From the NCBI GenBank assembly GCA_034530615.2, contig JAVRCV020000071.1, positions 32,001-96,000 of the forward strand: a stretch of DNA of 64,000 nucleotides. Direction: 5' to 3'. Source of the DNA: Aulosira sp. ZfuVER01 (GTDB lineage Bacteria; Cyanobacteriota; Cyanobacteriia; Cyanobacteriales; Nostocaceae). Each line of letters opens with the position of its first letter. The first letter of the stretch is position 1. Shown piece after piece: positions 30,805 to 43,914 of the stretch. The notes under the pieces were generated by a model. The model searched no databases. It saw only the letters and a list, made by a program, of their open reading frames with translations, and was not told the DNA's origin. The position numbers were made by a program, and so were the translations under genes.

Positions 30805-31151
30805 GGAGTTTCCTCCCTCTGTTTAAGGTGCTGCTAGTAGGCAAATAGATTGCCTCCCGAATTTAGTTCTTGCCCTGAAGCTTACTCTAGGTGTATCAAT
30901 TAGCCAACTGCAAATGTTGCTATTTGATGTTTTACTTCGGCTCGTGGGCGCTATTATTTAATTTTGGGTTTTCCGAAGTTGGGTAAACCTCCTTCAGAAA
31001 GCATTTGATAGTCTTTCGGTTACCCAAGCCGTCTGAAGTTCCAAAGCCACAATCTTGCCACAGCAGTTTGCAAGCTAAAAATTCCAGCAGGCATGACAGG
31101 TGACTTTTCCTTGCTCGAATTTTTTGCTGCCACCGCCCCAAAGGATTGGAT

Positions 31152-31547
31152 TTAAACTCGGCGGCGCTTAGGTGGACGGCAACCATTATGAGGAATTGGA
31201 GTAATATCCCGAATTAGTGTAATTTCCAGTCCTGCTCCTTGGAGTGCGCGGATGGCAGTTTCTCTACCTGCACCAGGGCCACTCACCATGACCTCAATTT
31301 GACGCATTCCTTGGTCGATAGCTCTACGGGCGGCACTTTCAGCAGCAGTTTGTGCCGCAAAGGGAGTTCCTTTTTTGGCACCTTTAAAACCGCTAGAACC
31401 AGCACTTGCCCAAGAAATTACATCACCGTTTTGATCGGTAATGGTGACAATGCTATTGTTGAAAGTAGACTGGATGTAAGCCATACCGTTGGGTACATTC
31501 CGCTTCTGCTTCTTGCTCCCGGATTTTTTGGTTGGTTGTCGCGCCAT
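31152..31547 (-). CDS. rpsK: 30S ribosomal protein S11
   Basis: [10 protein letters not shown]. Confidence 0.98.
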   Translation of the reverse strand: MARQPTKKSGSKKQKRNVPNGMAYIQSTFNNSIVTITDQNGDVISWASAGSSGFKGAKKGTPFAAQTAAESAARRAIDQGMRQIEVMVSGPGAGRETAIRALQGAGLEITLIRDITPIPHNGCRPPKRRRV

Positions 31548-31601
31548 AGTTGTGTAGTGAATTTAAGGTAAACCTTGCTCGGATGAGCAAGCATGAAAAT
31601 A

Positions 31602-31982
31602 TTATTTGCCTGGTGCTTTCTTCTTCCCAGCCACAGTTTGCCTTCTACCACGACGGGTTCTGGCATTTGTGCGAGTTCTTTGTCCTCTGACTGGTAAGCC
31701 CATGCGATGACGACGCCCTCTGTAAGTCCCAATGTCCACGAGGCGCTTGATGTTCATCGCTTCCCAGCGGCGCAAGTCCCCTTCGACTTGATAGTTACTT
31801 TCGATTTCTCCTCGCAGAGCAGCAACATCAGCATCACTGAGTTCTTTAACGCGGGTGTCTGGGTTAACACCTGTAGTCGCTAAAATTTCTTGCGACCTAG
31901 ATAAACCAATTCCGTAGATGTAGGTCAGACCAATCTCAACGCGCTTATCGCGTGGCAGGTCTACTCCGGCAATACGTGCCAC
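31602..31982 (-). CDS. rpsM: 30S ribosomal protein S13
   Basis: [23 protein letters not shown]. Confidence 0.98.
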   Translation of the reverse strand: MARIAGVDLPRDKRVEIGLTYIYGIGLSRSQEILATTGVNPDTRVKELSDADVAALRGEIESNYQVEGDLRRWEAMNIKRLVDIGTYRGRRHRMGLPVRGQRTRTNARTRRGRRQTVAGKKKAPGK

Positions 31983-32071
31983 AATGAATTTCTCCCTCTT
32001 GTTCTCGCAATTGCTGTTAGAAAAATGCCCTTAATCGCATCTAGGGCTATGTCTGGTGTAGTTGTGTCAAA

Positions 32072-32185
32072 CTAGCCTTGACGTTGCTTATGCTTGGGGT
32101 TAACACAAATCACCATGACGCGACCACGGCGTTTGATCACGTTACACTTTTCGCAAATCTTCTTGACTGAGGCTCGGACTTTCAT
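32072..32185 (-). CDS. rpmJ: 50S ribosomal protein L36 (below ORF-track cutoff)
   Basis: Manual translation [37 protein letters not shown]. Confidence 0.97.
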   Translation of the reverse strand: MKVRASVKKICEKCNVIKRRGRVMVICVNPKHKQRQG

Positions 32186-32300
32186 GCCTTTTGTAATTAA
32201 CTCCAAATAGTGAATTATAGCATTTTTAAGGAAATTAGTCAGTTAAATGACTAAGCAACACCCAAAAAAAGGATTATATGGTAATATTCTCTACATAATC

Positions 32301-32525
32301 TTACTTCTTACGCAGTCGATAGGTGATTCTGCCTTTTGTCAAGTCGTAGGGAGTTAACTCCACTTTGACACGATCGCCAGGTAAAATCTTGATGTAATTA
32401 CGGCGAATTTTGCCCGAAATGTGTGCTAGGACATTAAAGCCATTATCCAAGTCAACACGAAACATCGCGTTGGGCAATGACTCGGTAACCGTGCCTTCCA
32501 TTTCAATCAAATCTTGCTTAGACAA
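32301..32525 (-). CDS. infA: Translation initiation factor IF-1
   Basis: [16 protein letters not shown]. Confidence 0.98.
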
Positions 32526-32751
32526 TTTATTTTTTCCTCAACTCAACAATCTCCTGTTCTTTTGCCGTATCTTCACCTGCAAGAGAACATACTTCACGAA
32601 ATATATCAACAGTTTCTTAATATATCTTAGCTAAAATTGCCATCTGCCCTACTGAGAGAGACAGCAGTAAATTTTATTTGTGGTCTGAAATTTGGGCTAT
32701 GGGAGAAATGTGAAACTGGGATTTCTCCCTGCTAACCCTTTTATACCTTGC

Positions 32752-33306
32752 TTAAGACGCTATTACATTTTGCAATTCAGTAGTGACTTCTTCTTGGGAT
32801 TGATTGCCGTTGACTGTGAGGAGTTTTTGACGATCGCCGTAATAATCAATCAAGGGTGCAGTTTCCGAACGGTACACTTCTAGACGACGCCGAATCACTT
32901 CTTCGCTGTCATCTTTTCTACCCCGTGCGAGTAACCTTGCTACTACAACATCATCTGGCACATCTAGGTTAACTACCTTTTCACCACCTTGATGTATGGT
33001 TTCCAGCAACTCTTCTAAAAAAGCTGCTTGTGTTACTTTACGGGGAAAGCCATCTAGAATCCAACCAGATTTAGCATCCGCTTGGCCTAGGCGCTCCTGT
33101 ACCAATTCCTGTACTAGCTGGTCGGGAACTAACTCACCGCTATCAACATAACTTTGAGCTTTAACTCCCAAAGCTGTTTGGTCTTTCATCGCTTGCCGTA
33201 AAATATCACCCGTAGAAATATGGGGAATCTGCAAGTGTTCAGCCAATTTTTGAGATTGTGTTCCTTTACCAGCTCCAGGTGGTCCCAAGAAGATTAATCG
33301 CGTCAC
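32752..33306 (-). CDS. adk: Adenylate kinase (short LID type)
   Basis: [15 protein letters not shown]. Confidence 0.97.
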   Translation of the reverse strand: MTRLIFLGPPGAGKGTQSQKLAEHLQIPHISTGDILRQAMKDQTALGVKAQSYVDSGELVPDQLVQELVQERLGQADAKSGWILDGFPRKVTQAAFLEELLETIHQGGEKVVNLDVPDDVVVARLLARGRKDDSEEVIRRRLEVYRSETAPLIDYYGDRQKLLTVNGNQSQEEVTTELQNVIAS

Positions 33307-34619
33307 TATTGTTTCACCATTCCTTCATAGCGCTGAGATATAACGTAGGTTTGGACTTGTTTCGCTGTGTCAATTGCTACACCTACCAAAATTAATAAAG
33401 ATGTAGCACCTAGACCCTTAAAAGTTGGTACTCCTAAAGCACTTTCCACAGCTGTGGGAATAATTGCAACAAAGCCCAAAAATATTGCACCCAAAAAAGT
33501 CAGCCGATTAATGACTCGCTCGATGTACTCACTAGTCGCCTTACCAGGACGAATTCCGGGAATACTTGAACCCATCTTCTTCAAGTTCTGCGCTACATCT
33601 ACGGGGTTAACAATCAACGAAGAATAGAAATAGCTGAAGAAAACAATAGAAATTAAGTAAACCAAGGCATAAGCCCAAGGCTGAGATCCACCGGGGCTGA
33701 GATAAGTGTTAACGATATTTGCCAGATCCGGATTTTTGGTGAAATTCGCAATTAGTAGTGGCAAACTCAGGATGGCTGCTGCAAAAATGATTGGCATTAC
33801 ACCACCAGAGTTGAGTCGTAGAGGTAGGTAGCTACGTTGTTCAGCCAAAACTCGCCGCCCTACTTGCCGACGTGCTGAAATAATGGGGATGCGTCGAATT
33901 CCTTCTTGCACAAACACAATACCAACAATTGTTGCCAGGAACACTACCACCAGCACAATCACGCGACCGACGATTTCGCGACCGCCAACTTGCACCAAGT
34001 CGATGGTATCACCTAAAGATTTTGGTAGTGATGCCACAATATTGACAAATATCAACAATGATGCTCCATTACCAATACCGCGTTCGGTAATTAGTTCGGA
34101 TGCCCACATCACGAACATTGAACCTGCGGTGAGTGCGATCGCAGTTTCCGCTACAAATAACGGACCTGGCTGTAAGGCAAATTGCTGGAGGAAGAGCGCC
34201 GAAAAAGCCGTACTTTGAATAATTGCCCAACCTACAGTGACATAGCGTGTAATTTGAGAAATTTTTCGCCGCCCAGCTTCACCTTCGTCTTTCTGTAACT
34301 TTTCTAAAGATGGTATGGCCGCGGTGAGTAATTGGATAATAATGGACGCATTAATAAAGGGCAAAATACCCAAGGCAAAGACTCCCAAAGTCGAAAGTCC
34401 TCGCCCGGAAAATATATCCAATAAGCCGAAGATGGAATTATTTCCCGATATAGCGTCATGAAACCTAGTTCTATCAATACCAGGTACAGGCAGAAAGATG
34501 CCTAGGCGAACCAAAATTAAAATACCGACAGTGACAAGCAGCCTACCTCTCAGTCCAGCTGCTTGAGCCATCTGCATAAAAGTTTCTTGAGCCGTTGGGG
34601 CTTTGTCTCGACTGATCAT
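33306..34619 (-). CDS. secY: Preprotein translocase SecY
   Basis: Multi-[18 protein letters not shown]. Confidence 0.98.
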   Translation of the reverse strand: MISRDKAPTAQETFMQMAQAAGLRGRLLVTVGILILVRLGIFLPVPGIDRTRFHDAISGNNSIFGLLDIFSGRGLSTLGVFALGILPFINASIIIQLLTAAIPSLEKLQKDEGEAGRRKISQITRYVTVGWAIIQSTAFSALFLQQFALQPGPLFVAETAIALTAGSMFVMWASELITERGIGNGASLLIFVNIVASLPKSLGDTIDLVQVGGREIVGRVIVLVVVFLATIVGIVFVQEGIRRIPIISARRQVGRRVLAEQRSYLPLRLNSGGVMPIIFAAAILSLPLLIANFTKNPDLANIVNTYLSPGGSQPWAYALVYLISIVFFSYFYSSLIVNPVDVAQNLKKMGSSIPGIRPGKATSEYIERVINRLTFLGAIFLGFVAIIPTAVESALGVPTFKGLGATSLLILVGVAIDTAKQVQTYVISQRYEGMVKQ

Positions 34620-34689
34620 AGAGTGCTACCTTTATCGTGAACCAGGCGCTGGAAGCAAGTTGGCTAGCATTTAAGTGCGCTATTCTGGC

Positions 34690-35136
34690 TCACTCTGGGA
34701 CTTCGCAACTTCCTCCAGCTGCCTCAATTTTGCTACGAGCTTGACCTGTAAAAGCTGCTGCTTTGACTGTGAGCGGAACACTCAATTCTCCGTTACCCAA
34801 AATTTTCAATGGACCTTTGACAGTAGTCAGAATACCTGCTGCTTTCAAGGAATCCAAAGTTACTTCTGTATTGGCTGGGAGAGAAGCTAGCTTATCTACA
34901 TTAATCGTAGTGTAAATTTTCCGATTAACTATCGGAAAACCTTTCAACTTAGGTAAGCGGCGGTACAATGGCTGTTGACCACCTTCAAAACCTGGGCGAG
35001 TACCACTACCGGAGCGAGATTTTTGACCCCGCATACCTAGACCAGCACTGGCACCTTGTCCGGCAGAAATACCTCTACCTACACGCTTACGGCGTTTTTT
35101 TGAGCCTTTTTGAGGCTTGGCATCGTTGAGTCTCAT
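34690..35136 (-). CDS. rplO: 50S ribosomal protein L15
   Basis: [15 protein letters not shown]. Confidence 0.98.
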   Translation of the reverse strand: MRLNDAKPQKGSKKRRKRVGRGISAGQGASAGLGMRGQKSRSGSGTRPGFEGGQQPLYRRLPKLKGFPIVNRKIYTTINVDKLASLPANTEVTLDSLKAAGILTTVKGPLKILGNGELSVPLTVKAAAFTGQARSKIEAAGGSCEVPE

Positions 35137-35184
35137 GATGTAAATAGTAATTTTTTACACAAATACTCGGCAAAATTAGCTCTA

Positions 35185-35712
35185 CTAAATGGTGTAGAGA
35201 TTTTCAATAGGAACACCGCGATCTTCAGCGACTTCAGTCAAGGTACGCAGTGTAGACAAGGCATTAACTGCGGCTCTGGCATTATTAAGTGGATTGTTGG
35301 AGCCGAGTTGCTTTGCTAGGACGTTACGAACTCCTGCTAATTCCAGCACAGTCCGCACAGCACCACCAGCAATTACCCCAGTACCAGGTGCGGCTGGGCG
35401 CATAATCACCTTAGCTCCGCCACCAACACCATCAATAGGATGGGGGATGGAATTAGATTTGGTAATGGGGATATCAATCAGATGTTTTTTACCGTCGGCT
35501 ACGCCTTTTTTCACCGCACCAATTACATCAGAGGCTTTACCTACTCCGACACCAACTTGACCACGTTCGTTACCAACGACCACGATCGCCCGGAAGCTGA
35601 GTTTTTTACCACCTTTGACGACCTTGCTCACTCGTCGGATTTGAATTACCCGTTCTTGCCAGTTGGTTTCTTCTTTCTTTGCGCGGTTCGCTTTACGACG
35701 ACCAGTTGCCAT
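35185..35712 (-). CDS. rpsE: 30S ribosomal protein S5
   Basis: [18 protein letters not shown]. Confidence 0.98.
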   Translation of the reverse strand: MATGRRKANRAKKEETNWQERVIQIRRVSKVVKGGKKLSFRAIVVVGNERGQVGVGVGKASDVIGAVKKGVADGKKHLIDIPITKSNSIPHPIDGVGGGAKVIMRPAAPGTGVIAGGAVRTVLELAGVRNVLAKQLGSNNPLNNARAAVNALSTLRTLTEVAEDRGVPIENLYTI

Positions 35713-35806
35713 AATTAAATGCTCTCTATTAGTCAAGGGTCAAGAGTCAACAGTCAACAGTCAATAGTCATTACTTTTAACTATGGACTTTGGACTTTTG
35801 ACTAAT

Positions 35807-36169
35807 TTAGAAATCTAAACCAGCTTCACGTGCTGCATCAGCTAGGGCTTGGATGCGACCGTGGTATAGGTTGCCACCGCGATCAAAGACGACTTTGGTG
35901 ATACCTTTTTCTAGCGATCGCGCTGCGATCAGTTTGCCAACTTGCACTGATGCATCCCGGTTAGCACCTGACGCTAAACTCGATTTCAACTCTGGTTCTA
36001 CAGTTGAGGCTGACACCAAAGTATGATGTTGAGTATCGTCAATTACTTGAGCATAGATATGCTCATTCGAGCGAAATACAGCTAGGCGTGGACGTTCTGG
36101 AGAGCCTTGAACTTTACCACGGATGCGTCTATGGCGACGTGTTTTTGATTCTCTACGAGTAAGTTTCAT
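35807..36169 (-). CDS. rplR: 50S ribosomal protein L18
   Basis: [16 protein letters not shown]. Confidence 0.98.
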   Translation of the reverse strand: MKLTRRESKTRRHRRIRGKVQGSPERPRLAVFRSNEHIYAQVIDDTQHHTLVSASTVEPELKSSLASGANRDASVQVGKLIAARSLEKGITKVVFDRGGNLYHGRIQALADAAREAGLDF

Positions 36170-36171
36170 GT

Positions 36172-36720
36172 TTACTTCTTACCACTCTTACCAGTCTTAC
36201 CAGCTTTCCGTCTGACCACTTCACCGGCGTAGCGAATACCCTTGCCTTTATAAGGTTCTGGTTTACGAACGGCACGAATTTTCGCTGCTGTGTTACCTAC
36301 TATTTCTTTGTCATAGCCACTGACTATGACGTTAGTTGTACCTTCCACAGCAAACTGAATGCCATCGGGAGGCTCAATTTGTACCTGATGGCTATAACCC
36401 ATATTTAAAACGAGGTTACGACCTTGGACTTGTGCCCGGTAACCAACACCTTGGATTTCTAAACGGCGCTGAAAACCTTGGGACACGCCCTCGACCATGT
36501 TGGCCACTAAAGTACGGCTTAAACCGTGCATTTGCCTGGAGGTACGAGTTTCATCACGACGAGTTACTAGTAATGTTTCGCCTTCTTGCGAGACTGATAC
36601 ATGGGCAGGTAACTCACGCGAAAGTTCTCCTTTCGGACCTTTGACGACTACTTTTGTGCCATCAATTGCCACTTGCACTTTGGCAGGAATAGTGATTGGA
36701 CGTTTACCAATACGAGACAT
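36172..36720 (-). CDS. rplF: 50S ribosomal protein L6
   Basis: [15 protein letters not shown]. Confidence 0.98.
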   Translation of the reverse strand: MSRIGKRPITIPAKVQVAIDGTKVVVKGPKGELSRELPAHVSVSQEGETLLVTRRDETRTSRQMHGLSRTLVANMVEGVSQGFQRRLEIQGVGYRAQVQGRNLVLNMGYSHQVQIEPPDGIQFAVEGTTNVIVSGYDKEIVGNTAAKIRAVRKPEPYKGKGIRYAGEVVRRKAGKTGKSGKK

Positions 36721-36753
36721 GACTTTTTGTCCTTTGTTATTTGTCCTGTCTTT

Positions 36754-36793
36754 CAAAGTTCTGATCGGAGGAAACCTCCGCTCCGACTTTGCG
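36754..36793. repeat. 40-nt hairpin dispersed repeat, copy 2
   Basis: CAAAGTTCTGATCGGAGGAAACCTCCGCTCCGACTTTGCG. Confidence 0.8.
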
Positions 36794-36847
36794 CTTTGTC
36801 TTTTATCTTTCGTCTTTAAATAATGACAAATGACTCATGACTAATGA

Positions 36848-37249
36848 CTACCAGACATAGCACAGTACTTCCCCACCCAAGTTTTGACGCCGCGCTTCGC
36901 GGTCGGTCATAATCCCACTGGATGTAGAAATAATGGCAATGCCGATACCACCCAGTACTCTGGGTAAATCTTTGCGATTAGAGTAAACACGCAAACCTGG
37001 TTTACTAACCCGCTTGAGGGCTGTGATTAGTGGCTGACGATTTTTACCCTTGTATTTCAAGGAAATCACCAGATTGCGTTTTATCCCTTCGCCTGATTCT
37101 TCATACTCAGCAATAAAGCCTTCTTCTCGTAGCACTTTAGCAATACTACGGGTGAGTTTTGTTGCGGGCACTAGTGTAGTTTGATGCCTCGCCAAATTGG
37201 CATTGCGGATGCGCGTCAGCATATCTGCAATTGTGTCGTTAGCCGCCAT
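36848..37249 (-). CDS. rpsH: 30S ribosomal protein S8
   Basis: [19 protein letters not shown]. Confidence 0.98.
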   Translation of the reverse strand: MAANDTIADMLTRIRNANLARHQTTLVPATKLTRSIAKVLREEGFIAEYEESGEGIKRNLVISLKYKGKNRQPLITALKRVSKPGLRVYSNRKDLPRVLGGIGIAIISTSSGIMTDREARRQNLGGEVLCYVW

Positions 37250-37269
37250 CGTTCCCTCTTTAGATGAAC

Positions 37270-37818
37270 TTATTGATCACGAAAAGGCATACCCAATTCT
37301 TTAAGTAAGGCGCGGCCCTCTTCGTCGTTTTTCGCTGTGGTAATGATGGAAATATCTAGACCACGAATTTGATCGATGCTGTCGTACTCGACTTCTGGAA
37401 AAATTAACTGTTCTCTGACACCCAGAGTGTAGTTACCGCGACCGTCAAAGCTTTTGGGACTAATACCGCGAAAATCCCGAATTCTAGGCAGTGACAGGCT
37501 AACAAGCCGATCGAGGAAGGCATACATCCGTTCGCCTCTCAGAGTCACCATGATGCCAACTGGCATACCTTGACGAATTTTGAAGCCTGCGATCGCCTTT
37601 TTTGCTCTGGTAACAACTGGTTTTTGACCAGTAATCACAGCAATTTCGTTAAGAGACGCCTCTAATGCTTTAGCATTGGAAGCCGCTTCCCCTAAACCTC
37701 GGTTCACAGTAATTTTGACCAACTTCGGTACTTGATGAACGTTGGTGTATTGAAACTGATTGGTCAGTTTAGGAACGATTGTCTCTTGATATAAGGTTTT
37801 GAGTCTTGTTGTCGCCAT
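37270..37818 (-). CDS. rplE: 50S ribosomal protein L5
   Basis: [16 protein letters not shown]. Confidence 0.98.
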   Translation of the reverse strand: MATTRLKTLYQETIVPKLTNQFQYTNVHQVPKLVKITVNRGLGEAASNAKALEASLNEIAVITGQKPVVTRAKKAIAGFKIRQGMPVGIMVTLRGERMYAFLDRLVSLSLPRIRDFRGISPKSFDGRGNYTLGVREQLIFPEVEYDSIDQIRGLDISIITTAKNDEEGRALLKELGMPFRDQ

Positions 37819-37919
37819 AGTTTTTTGTCCTGTTTATCCCTGGGCTTGGTCAGGGAACCTTAAATTTTAGATTTTCGATTTAATTAAAATCTCATCTAAA
37901 ATCGCCCCTTGGCGGAAGA

Positions 37920-38270
37920 TTATTTATCTAAAATCTCACCGGTTTTCTTGAGCTTCCGCACTTTTTTGCCTTCAGCGGTGAAGGTGTAGCATACGCGACT
38001 GGCGACGTTTTGCTTAGTTGAGTAAAGCATCACGTTGGAGCTATGAATCGGGAATTCTTGTGTAACTATTCTTCCTGATTCCCCTTCTTGCTGGGGCTTG
38101 ACGTGCTTAGTTTTTATATTGACGCCTTTGACAATAACTTTACTGAGTTGTGGCAGTGATTGGATCACTTCACCAACTTTTCCTTTGTCCTTACCCGCAA
38201 TCACTTGTACAGTGTCGCCAGTTCTGACGTGCATTTTATGAAAAACCTTGGGTTGTGGCTGTTTTGGCAT
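37920..38270 (-). CDS. rplX: 50S ribosomal protein L24
   Basis: [14 protein letters not shown]. Confidence 0.98.
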   Translation of the reverse strand: MPKQPQPKVFHKMHVRTGDTVQVIAGKDKGKVGEVIQSLPQLSKVIVKGVNIKTKHVKPQQEGESGRIVTQEFPIHSSNVMLYSTKQNVASRVCYTFTAEGKKVRKLKKTGEILDK

Positions 38271-38638
38271 TACAGCACCTCCGGAGCCAAAGAAACTATT
38301 TTGGTGAAGTTTTTATCGCGCAGTTCCCGTGCAACTGGGCCAAAAACCCGTGTGCCTCGAGGATTGCCATCTTTGTTGATGATCACTGCGGCGTTATCGT
38401 CAAAACGAATGCTCATACCGCTGTCTCGATTTATGCTTTTACGAGTGCGGACAATTACTGCCTCTACCACATCTGACTTTTTGACAGCCATGTTGGGTTG
38501 GGCATCTTTGACAACGGCAATAATTTTATCACCCACGCCACCGTAACGGCGGTTGCCTGCGCCTAATACGCGGATGCACATTAGCTTCCGGGCACCACTA
38601 TTATCTGCGACATTCAGGTAAGTCTGGGGTTGAATCAC
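38270..38638 (-). CDS. rplN: 50S ribosomal protein L14
   Basis: [15 protein letters not shown]. Confidence 0.98.
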   Translation of the reverse strand: MIQPQTYLNVADNSGARKLMCIRVLGAGNRRYGGVGDKIIAVVKDAQPNMAVKKSDVVEAVIVRTRKSINRDSGMSIRFDDNAAVIINKDGNPRGTRVFGPVARELRDKNFTKIVSLAPEVL

Positions 38639-38679
38639 AATTTGTCTCCCTTGTTAAGTTGTTAGTTTGATAACAACTA

Positions 38680-38931
38680 TTAAGTTGTAGCTTTAGCGTT
38701 GAGAATTTCTGTGACTTGCCAGCGCTTGGTTTTACTCAGGGGTCTTGTTTCCTGAATGCGAACGCGATCGCCCACTTTGCACTGATTGTCCTCATCATGA
38801 GCTTTATAGCGCCGGGTTTGAACTACAATCTTGCCGTACTTGGGATGGGGAGCGCGGTTTTCCACGGCTACTACCACCGTTTTCTGCATTTTGTCGCTCA
38901 CCACCAAGCCAACTCGTTCTTTGACTGCCAT
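38680..38931 (-). CDS. rpsQ: 30S ribosomal protein S17
   Basis: [18 protein letters not shown]. Confidence 0.98.
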   Translation of the reverse strand: MAVKERVGLVVSDKMQKTVVVAVENRAPHPKYGKIVVQTRRYKAHDEDNQCKVGDRVRIQETRPLSKTKRWQVTEILNAKATT

Positions 38932-38937
38932 AATCTC

Positions 38938-39168
38938 CTACTTTTCTTCGTTAGTCGGTTGACTTGCTGCTGCCCGTTTGCGTTCTCCTTCTACCGTTAG
39001 CAATTGCGCTAGGCGATGTCGGGCGTGTTTAAACTGATGGGGCTTGTCTAATTGTCTGGTCGCTTTTTGCAAGCGCAACTGAAATAGTTGTCTTTTAACA
39101 GCAACAATTTCCTCAGCCAGTTTCTCGTCAGTTAATTCTCTAGCTTCTGAAACTTTGGGAAGAGGCAT
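38938..39168 (-). CDS. rpmC: 50S ribosomal protein L29
   Basis: LFQLRLQKAT; operon position. Confidence 0.96.
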   Translation of the reverse strand: MPLPKVSEARELTDEKLAEEIVAVKRQLFQLRLQKATRQLDKPHQFKHARHRLAQLLTVEGERKRAAASQPTNEEK

Positions 39169-39171
39169 AAC

Positions 39172-39597
39172 CTACTCCTGCTCCTGTACTTGAGGGCGCA
39201 CAATAAATTTGGTTTTAATTGGCAGCTTATATGCAGCCAAGCGCATGGCTTCGCGGGCAATTTCTTCAGAAACACCAGCGATTTCAAACAAAATCCGCCC
39301 TGGCTTCACTACGGCTACCCAAAACTCCGGCGAACCTTTACCAGAACCCATCCGGGTTTCCGCAGGACGCATGGTTACGGGTTTATCAGGGAAAATCCGA
39401 ATCCAGATTTGTCCACCCCGGCGAATGTAACGGGTCATGGCTCGACGAGAAGCCTCGATTTGCCGAGAGGTAATCCAAGCAGGTTCTTGGGCTTGGAGTG
39501 CAAAATCGCCAAAGTTCAGGGTACTACCACGGTGGGCTAGACCTTCCATCCGTCCGCGCTGTTGTTTGCGGAATTTAGTTCTTCTAGGACTTAACAT
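39172..39597 (-). CDS. rplP: 50S ribosomal protein L16
   Basis: RMGSGKG. Confidence 0.98.
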   Translation of the reverse strand: MLSPRRTKFRKQQRGRMEGLAHRGSTLNFGDFALQAQEPAWITSRQIEASRRAMTRYIRRGGQIWIRIFPDKPVTMRPAETRMGSGKGSPEFWVAVVKPGRILFEIAGVSEEIAREAMRLAAYKLPIKTKFIVRPQVQEQE

Positions 39598-39618
39598 GGT
39601 TTGTTACTTGTCATTTGT

Positions 39619-39700
39619 GAGGCAGTGCGTTGGGCGGGTTTCCCGACTTGTTCGCTGAAAGCGTTCCCGCAGGGTAGCAACTGCTGAACCCGTAAGGGTC
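39619..39700 (+). repeat. Multiply nested SDR-like composite in an STRR tract
   Basis: GAGGCAGTGCGTTGGGCGGGTTTCCCGACTTG[TTCGCTGAAAGCGTTCCCGCAGGG]TAGCAACTGC; flanked by (GTCATTT)n. Confidence 0.7.
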
Positions 39701-39758
39701 ATTTGTCATTTGTCATTTGTCATCTGCCATTTACTAATGACTGATAACTAATAACGGT

Positions 39759-40520
39759 TTACCCTTCATTTGAGCGGTCTTCAAATTGTTGGCGACGGCG
39801 TTGCTGTTGACGGCGACGAGGTTCACGTTCGCGTTCGCGGGTTGTAGGTGCAGGTGCAGCTTCTTCTTGTCCGGGGATGATTTCTCCCTTAAATACCCAC
39901 ACTTTAATGCCCAGAATCCCATAAACGGTCTTGGCTGTGCAGTAAGAGTAATCAATGTCAGCCCTTAACGTATGCAAGGGTACTCTTCCTTCACGAGTCC
40001 ATTCTGTACGGGCAATTTCTGCACCGTTTAGCCGACCGCTAACTTGGACTTTAATGCCTTGAACGCCAGCACGTTGGGCACGTTGAATAGCTTGGCGTAC
40101 CACACGACGGAAAGATACGCGGCGTTCCAATTGTTGAGCGATATATTCCGCAATCAAGTAGGCATCAGCATCAACTCGTTGTACTTCAACTACGTTGATG
40201 CGAATTTGACGATTGCTACCCAACAGTTCTTGGAGTCCGGTACGTAAAGATTCAATACCTTGTCCACCACGACCTACTACTACGCCAGGTCTAGCTGTGC
40301 GTACTTCTAGGTCAATTTGGTCAGCTTTGCGCTCAATCCGTACTTCTGAGATTCCAGCGTTGTTTTGAGCCAGTCTACCCAGCTTTTGTTCTATATATTT
40401 CCGGAGTTTGTGGTCTTCTTGGAGCAGTTCTGGATATTTGTCAGGAACGGCAAACCACCGAGATTGATGTTCTTGTGTAATACCCAGCCGAAAACCAACT
40501 GGATGAATCTTTTGTCCCAC
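39759..40520 (-). CDS. rpsC: 30S ribosomal protein S3
   Basis: [22 protein letters not shown]. Confidence 0.98.
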   Translation of the reverse strand: MGQKIHPVGFRLGITQEHQSRWFAVPDKYPELLQEDHKLRKYIEQKLGRLAQNNAGISEVRIERKADQIDLEVRTARPGVVVGRGGQGIESLRTGLQELLGSNRQIRINVVEVQRVDADAYLIAEYIAQQLERRVSFRRVVRQAIQRAQRAGVQGIKVQVSGRLNGAEIARTEWTREGRVPLHTLRADIDYSYCTAKTVYGILGIKVWVFKGEIIPGQEEAAPAPTTREREREPRRRQQQRRRQQFEDRSNEG

Positions 40521-40572
40521 AAATGCTTCCTCTAAAATTTCTTACTTTACGCAGTTTTTTCGTGTCTAATAA

Positions 40573-40932
40573 TTATTCAGCAGCAGCACCAGCAGCTACA
40601 GCTACGGTAATATGACACGTTGGTTTGCGAATTTGGTAAGCTCGGCCTTGCGCTCTGGGTTGGAACCGTTTGAGTACTGGGCCTTGATCGGCGTATGCCT
40701 GGGTAATCACTAGCTGCGCACGGTCTAGACCAGCATTATGCTCGGCATTAGCGGCGGCACTTCTGAGAACCTTTAACACAGGATCGCAGGCGCGGTAAGG
40801 CATAAATTCTAGGATGATTAGCGCTTCTCGGTACGACCTGCCCCGAATTTGATCGAGTACACGACGCACTTTATAGGGAGAGATGCGGATAAAACGAGCG
40901 ATCGCTTTGACTTCAGTAGTATCAGTAGCCAT
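40573..40932 (-). CDS. rplV: 50S ribosomal protein L22
   Basis: [16 protein letters not shown]. Confidence 0.98.
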   Translation of the reverse strand: MATDTTEVKAIARFIRISPYKVRRVLDQIRGRSYREALIILEFMPYRACDPVLKVLRSAAANAEHNAGLDRAQLVITQAYADQGPVLKRFQPRAQGRAYQIRKPTCHITVAVAAGAAAE

Positions 40933-40995
40933 ATTTTTTTCCTTTTGTCAAGAGTCAACGGTCAAGTTTTACTACTATGGACTTTGGACTCTTAA

Positions 40996-41274
40996 CTATC
41001 TCCCTGATTTCTTGTCACTTTTCCCATGACCCCTGTAGGTACGTGTGGGGGCAAATTCTCCCAACTTGTGTCCCACCATTTGCTCACTCACAAAAACGGG
41101 AACGTGTTGGCGTCCGTTGTGGACAGCTATAGTGTGACCGACCATCAAGGGTAAAATTGTCGATGCTCTCGACCAAGTTTTAATAACTTGTTTTTCGTTT
41201 TTGGCGTTCAGCTTTTCAATTTTGCTGAGTAAGTGATCGGCAACGAAAGGACCTTTTTTTAGAGAACGACCCAT
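40996..41274 (-). CDS. rpsS: 30S ribosomal protein S19
   Basis: [19 protein letters not shown]. Confidence 0.98.
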   Translation of the reverse strand: MGRSLKKGPFVADHLLSKIEKLNAKNEKQVIKTWSRASTILPLMVGHTIAVHNGRQHVPVFVSEQMVGHKLGEFAPTRTYRGHGKSDKKSGR

Positions 41275-41275
41275 A

Positions 41276-41345
41276 TTTTTAAGTGCTGAGTTCTGAGTTC
41301 TGAATTTTAAGTTTTGAGTTTTGAGTTTTAAGTTTTGAGTTTGAA
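41276..41345. repeat. STRR heptamer array
   Basis: (TTTTGAG/TTCTGAG)n, about ten units. Confidence 0.8.
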
Positions 41346-41385
41346 AATTCTACTCAGTACTTGTGGCTCATTACTCACAACTAAG

Positions 41386-42249
41386 TTAAGATTCACGTCC
41401 ACCGCGACCGCGTTTAGAAGATTTACGACGACGGCGCACAATGAATTTACTGCTAGCTTTCTTGGGTTTACGTGTCTTCGCACCCAACGTAGGTTTACCC
41501 CAAGGAGTGACAGGACCCGATCTCCCAATTGGCGCTCTACCTTCACCACCACCGTGGGGATGGTCAACTGGGTTCATGACGCTACCTCTAACTTTGGGAC
41601 GGCGTCCTTTCCAGCGATTTCGTCCAGCTTTACCTGCACTTAAGTTTCTGGCGTCGGTGTTACCTACTTGTCCAATCGTGGCGTAGCATTCGCGGCGAAT
41701 CAAACGAACTTCCCCGGAAGGCAGCTTCAAAGTAACGTAATTGCCTTCTTTTGCGACCACTTGCGCGGTAGCACCAGCAGAACGCACGATTTGACCACCT
41801 TTACCAGGAGTCATTTCTACATTATGAACACCAGTACCCAAGGGAATATTTGCTAGGGGTAAGGCATTACCATCTTCGATGGGAGATTCTGGCCCAGCAA
41901 TGATTCTTGTTCCAACTTTCATGCCATTGGGATGCAGAATGTAGCGTTTTTCGCCATCTTCATACACAACCAAGGCAATACGCGCGTTGCGATTCGGATC
42001 GTACTCAATTGCTGTCACTGTAGCAGCGATGTTCCGCTTGTCTCTTTTAAAATCGATGATGCGGTAAAGCTGTTTATGTCCGCCACCCCGACGACGGCTG
42101 GTAATCCGACCTTGATTGTTGCGTCCTTTGGGACGATGTACGTACTTGGTGAGGGATTTTTCTGGCTCAGTTTTAGTGATTTCCGCAAAGTCGGAGATTG
42201 TAACTTGGCGAGTACTAGGGGTATAGGGGCGATAAGAACGAGTACCCAT
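41386..42249 (-). CDS. rplB: 50S ribosomal protein L2
   Basis: [21 protein letters not shown]. Confidence 0.98.
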   Translation of the reverse strand: MGTRSYRPYTPSTRQVTISDFAEITKTEPEKSLTKYVHRPKGRNNQGRITSRRRGGGHKQLYRIIDFKRDKRNIAATVTAIEYDPNRNARIALVVYEDGEKRYILHPNGMKVGTRIIAGPESPIEDGNALPLANIPLGTGVHNVEMTPGKGGQIVRSAGATAQVVAKEGNYVTLKLPSGEVRLIRRECYATIGQVGNTDARNLSAGKAGRNRWKGRRPKVRGSVMNPVDHPHGGGEGRAPIGRSGPVTPWGKPTLGAKTRKPKKASSKFIVRRRRKSSKRGRGGRES

Positions 42250-42255
42250 GTTTTT

Positions 42256-42570
42256 TTAGACCTCTGGGAATAGAACTTGTCTAACCTTCTCTACATCCCC
42301 AGGTGCGATAGTAACAATCGCTTTCTTATATTGGGGCTTGTAACCAATAAATTTGCCAACACGCTTTTTCTTCCGCGGTGGTATTGAAGTATTGACTTTG
42401 ACAACCTTGACCTGAAATAAGTCTTCAATCGCGGCCTTAATTTCTGGTTTGGTTGCCTTGGGAGTAACTTCAAACGTATATTTGTTTAACTCCATGAGGA
42501 TGGTCGCCTTTTCAGTCACAATTGGGCGACGTATTAAGTCAGCTAGGTTGCGGGGGTCGAAGTTAGGCAC
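42256..42570 (-). CDS. rplW: 50S ribosomal protein L23
   Basis: PIVTEKA, YKKAIVT. Confidence 0.97.
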   Translation of the reverse strand: MPNFDPRNLADLIRRPIVTEKATILMELNKYTFEVTPKATKPEIKAAIEDLFQVKVVKVNTSIPPRKKKRVGKFIGYKPQYKKAIVTIAPGDVEKVRQVLFPEV

Positions 42571-43195
42571 TGTAGACCTCCTGAATTTTGGTGATTGCTG
42601 ATGCTGTAACTACAATCTTGTCAGCGTGCAGCAAATCGAAAACATTTAACTGGTCTGCTGCAATTACTTTTAAATTTTCTACATTGCGGGCTGACAAATG
42701 AATGTTCTCCGCAATTTCAGACAAAATTAACAGTGTTTTATTTTCTGGTGCAGCTCCCCAACGCGCTAATGCTGCTACTAAGTCTTTAGTTTTGGGGCGA
42801 GATAGCTGTTCGCTAAATTCTTCTACAACAATCAAATCGTCAACACGGCTCACAAAAGCTGTTCGCAGTGCCAAGCGCCGCTCTTTGCGGTTCATTTTTA
42901 AATCATAATCTCTGGGTTTTGGCCCAAAGATTACACCACCACCACGCCACAGAGGTGAACGAATTGACCCTGCACGAGCGCGACCTGTACCTTTTTGCCG
43001 CCAGGGTTTGCGGCCACCACCTCTGACTTCGGAGCGAGTTTTTGTGCTGGCATTTCCTTGGCGAGCATTGGTCTGTTGTCTAACCAAGGCTCTATGCACA
43101 ATATGAGCCGCTGTTTCTTCTTTGGCAACTCGCAACTCAAACGAAGTCTCTCCGACTTGTTCTCCTTGCCAATTTTTAACTATACTCTGAACCAT
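42563..43195 (-). CDS. rplD: 50S ribosomal protein L4
   Basis: [16 protein letters not shown]; upstream ORF extension is STRR-derived. Confidence 0.97.
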   Translation of the reverse strand: MVQSIVKNWQGEQVGETSFELRVAKEETAAHIVHRALVRQQTNARQGNASTKTRSEVRGGGRKPWRQKGTGRARAGSIRSPLWRGGGVIFGPKPRDYDLKMNRKERRLALRTAFVSRVDDLIVVEEFSEQLSRPKTKDLVAALARWGAAPENKTLLILSEIAENIHLSARNVENLKVIAADQLNVFDLLHADKIVVTASAITKIQEVYSA

Positions 43196-43199
43196 CTTT

Positions 43200-43278
<79 letters not shown>

Positions 43279-43914
43279 CTACTTACCAACTTGCTTGGCA
43301 GGTACGATACTTACCAGCGCACCTGGTTTACCGGGAATAGCTCCCTTGATCAGCAGTAAATTGCGCTCTGCATCGACTCGTACTACAGTCAACTTGCGGA
43401 TTGTGACGCGGCTACCACCCAAACGTCCTGCCATCCGTTTTCCTGGATAAACACGACCTGGGGTAGTACCAGCACCAATGGAACCTGGTGCCCTATGGTT
43501 TTTGGAACCATGTGACATGGGTCCGCGACCAAAGTTGTTGCGCTTTTGGTTGCCTGCAAAGCCACGACCGATACTTGTACCGATTACATCTACAATTTGA
43601 CCTGCACTAAAAATATCTGCTTTAATTTCTTGACCTAAAGCATAATCGCTAGAAGTATCTGTGTGATACTCGTTCAGATGACGTAACGCTGGGGCAGATG
43701 ATTTTGCTAAGTGACCCAAAAGGGGTTTGTTTAGCGCTTTAGGTTTGACTTCGCCAAAACCAACTTGAATCGCAGCGTAACCGTCGGTCTGTTTCGTTTT
43801 AACTTGGGTAACAGTGCATGGACCTGCTTTTACAACGGTGACAGGAATTGCTACTCCTGCCTCGTCAAATATTTGGGTCATGCCCAGCTTGGTGCCGAGA
43901 ATACCTACAGACAC
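43279..43914 (-). CDS. rplC: 50S ribosomal protein L3
   Basis: [15 protein letters not shown]. Confidence 0.98.
   Translation of the reverse strand: MSVGILGTKLGMTQIFDEAGVAIPVTVVKAGPCTVTQVKTKQTDGYAAIQVGFGEVKPKALNKPLLGHLAKSSAPALRHLNEYHTDTSSDYALGQEIKADIFSAGQIVDVIGTSIGRGFAGNQKRNNFGRGPMSHGSKNHRAPGSIGAGTTPGRVYPGKRMAGRLGGSRVTIRKLTVVRVDAERNLLLIKGAIPGKPGALVSIVPAKQVGK

Noticed and set aside
30932..31186. 84-aa ORF between rpsK and rpoA
   Set aside because: Overlaps rpsK out of frame, no RBS or recognisable motif.
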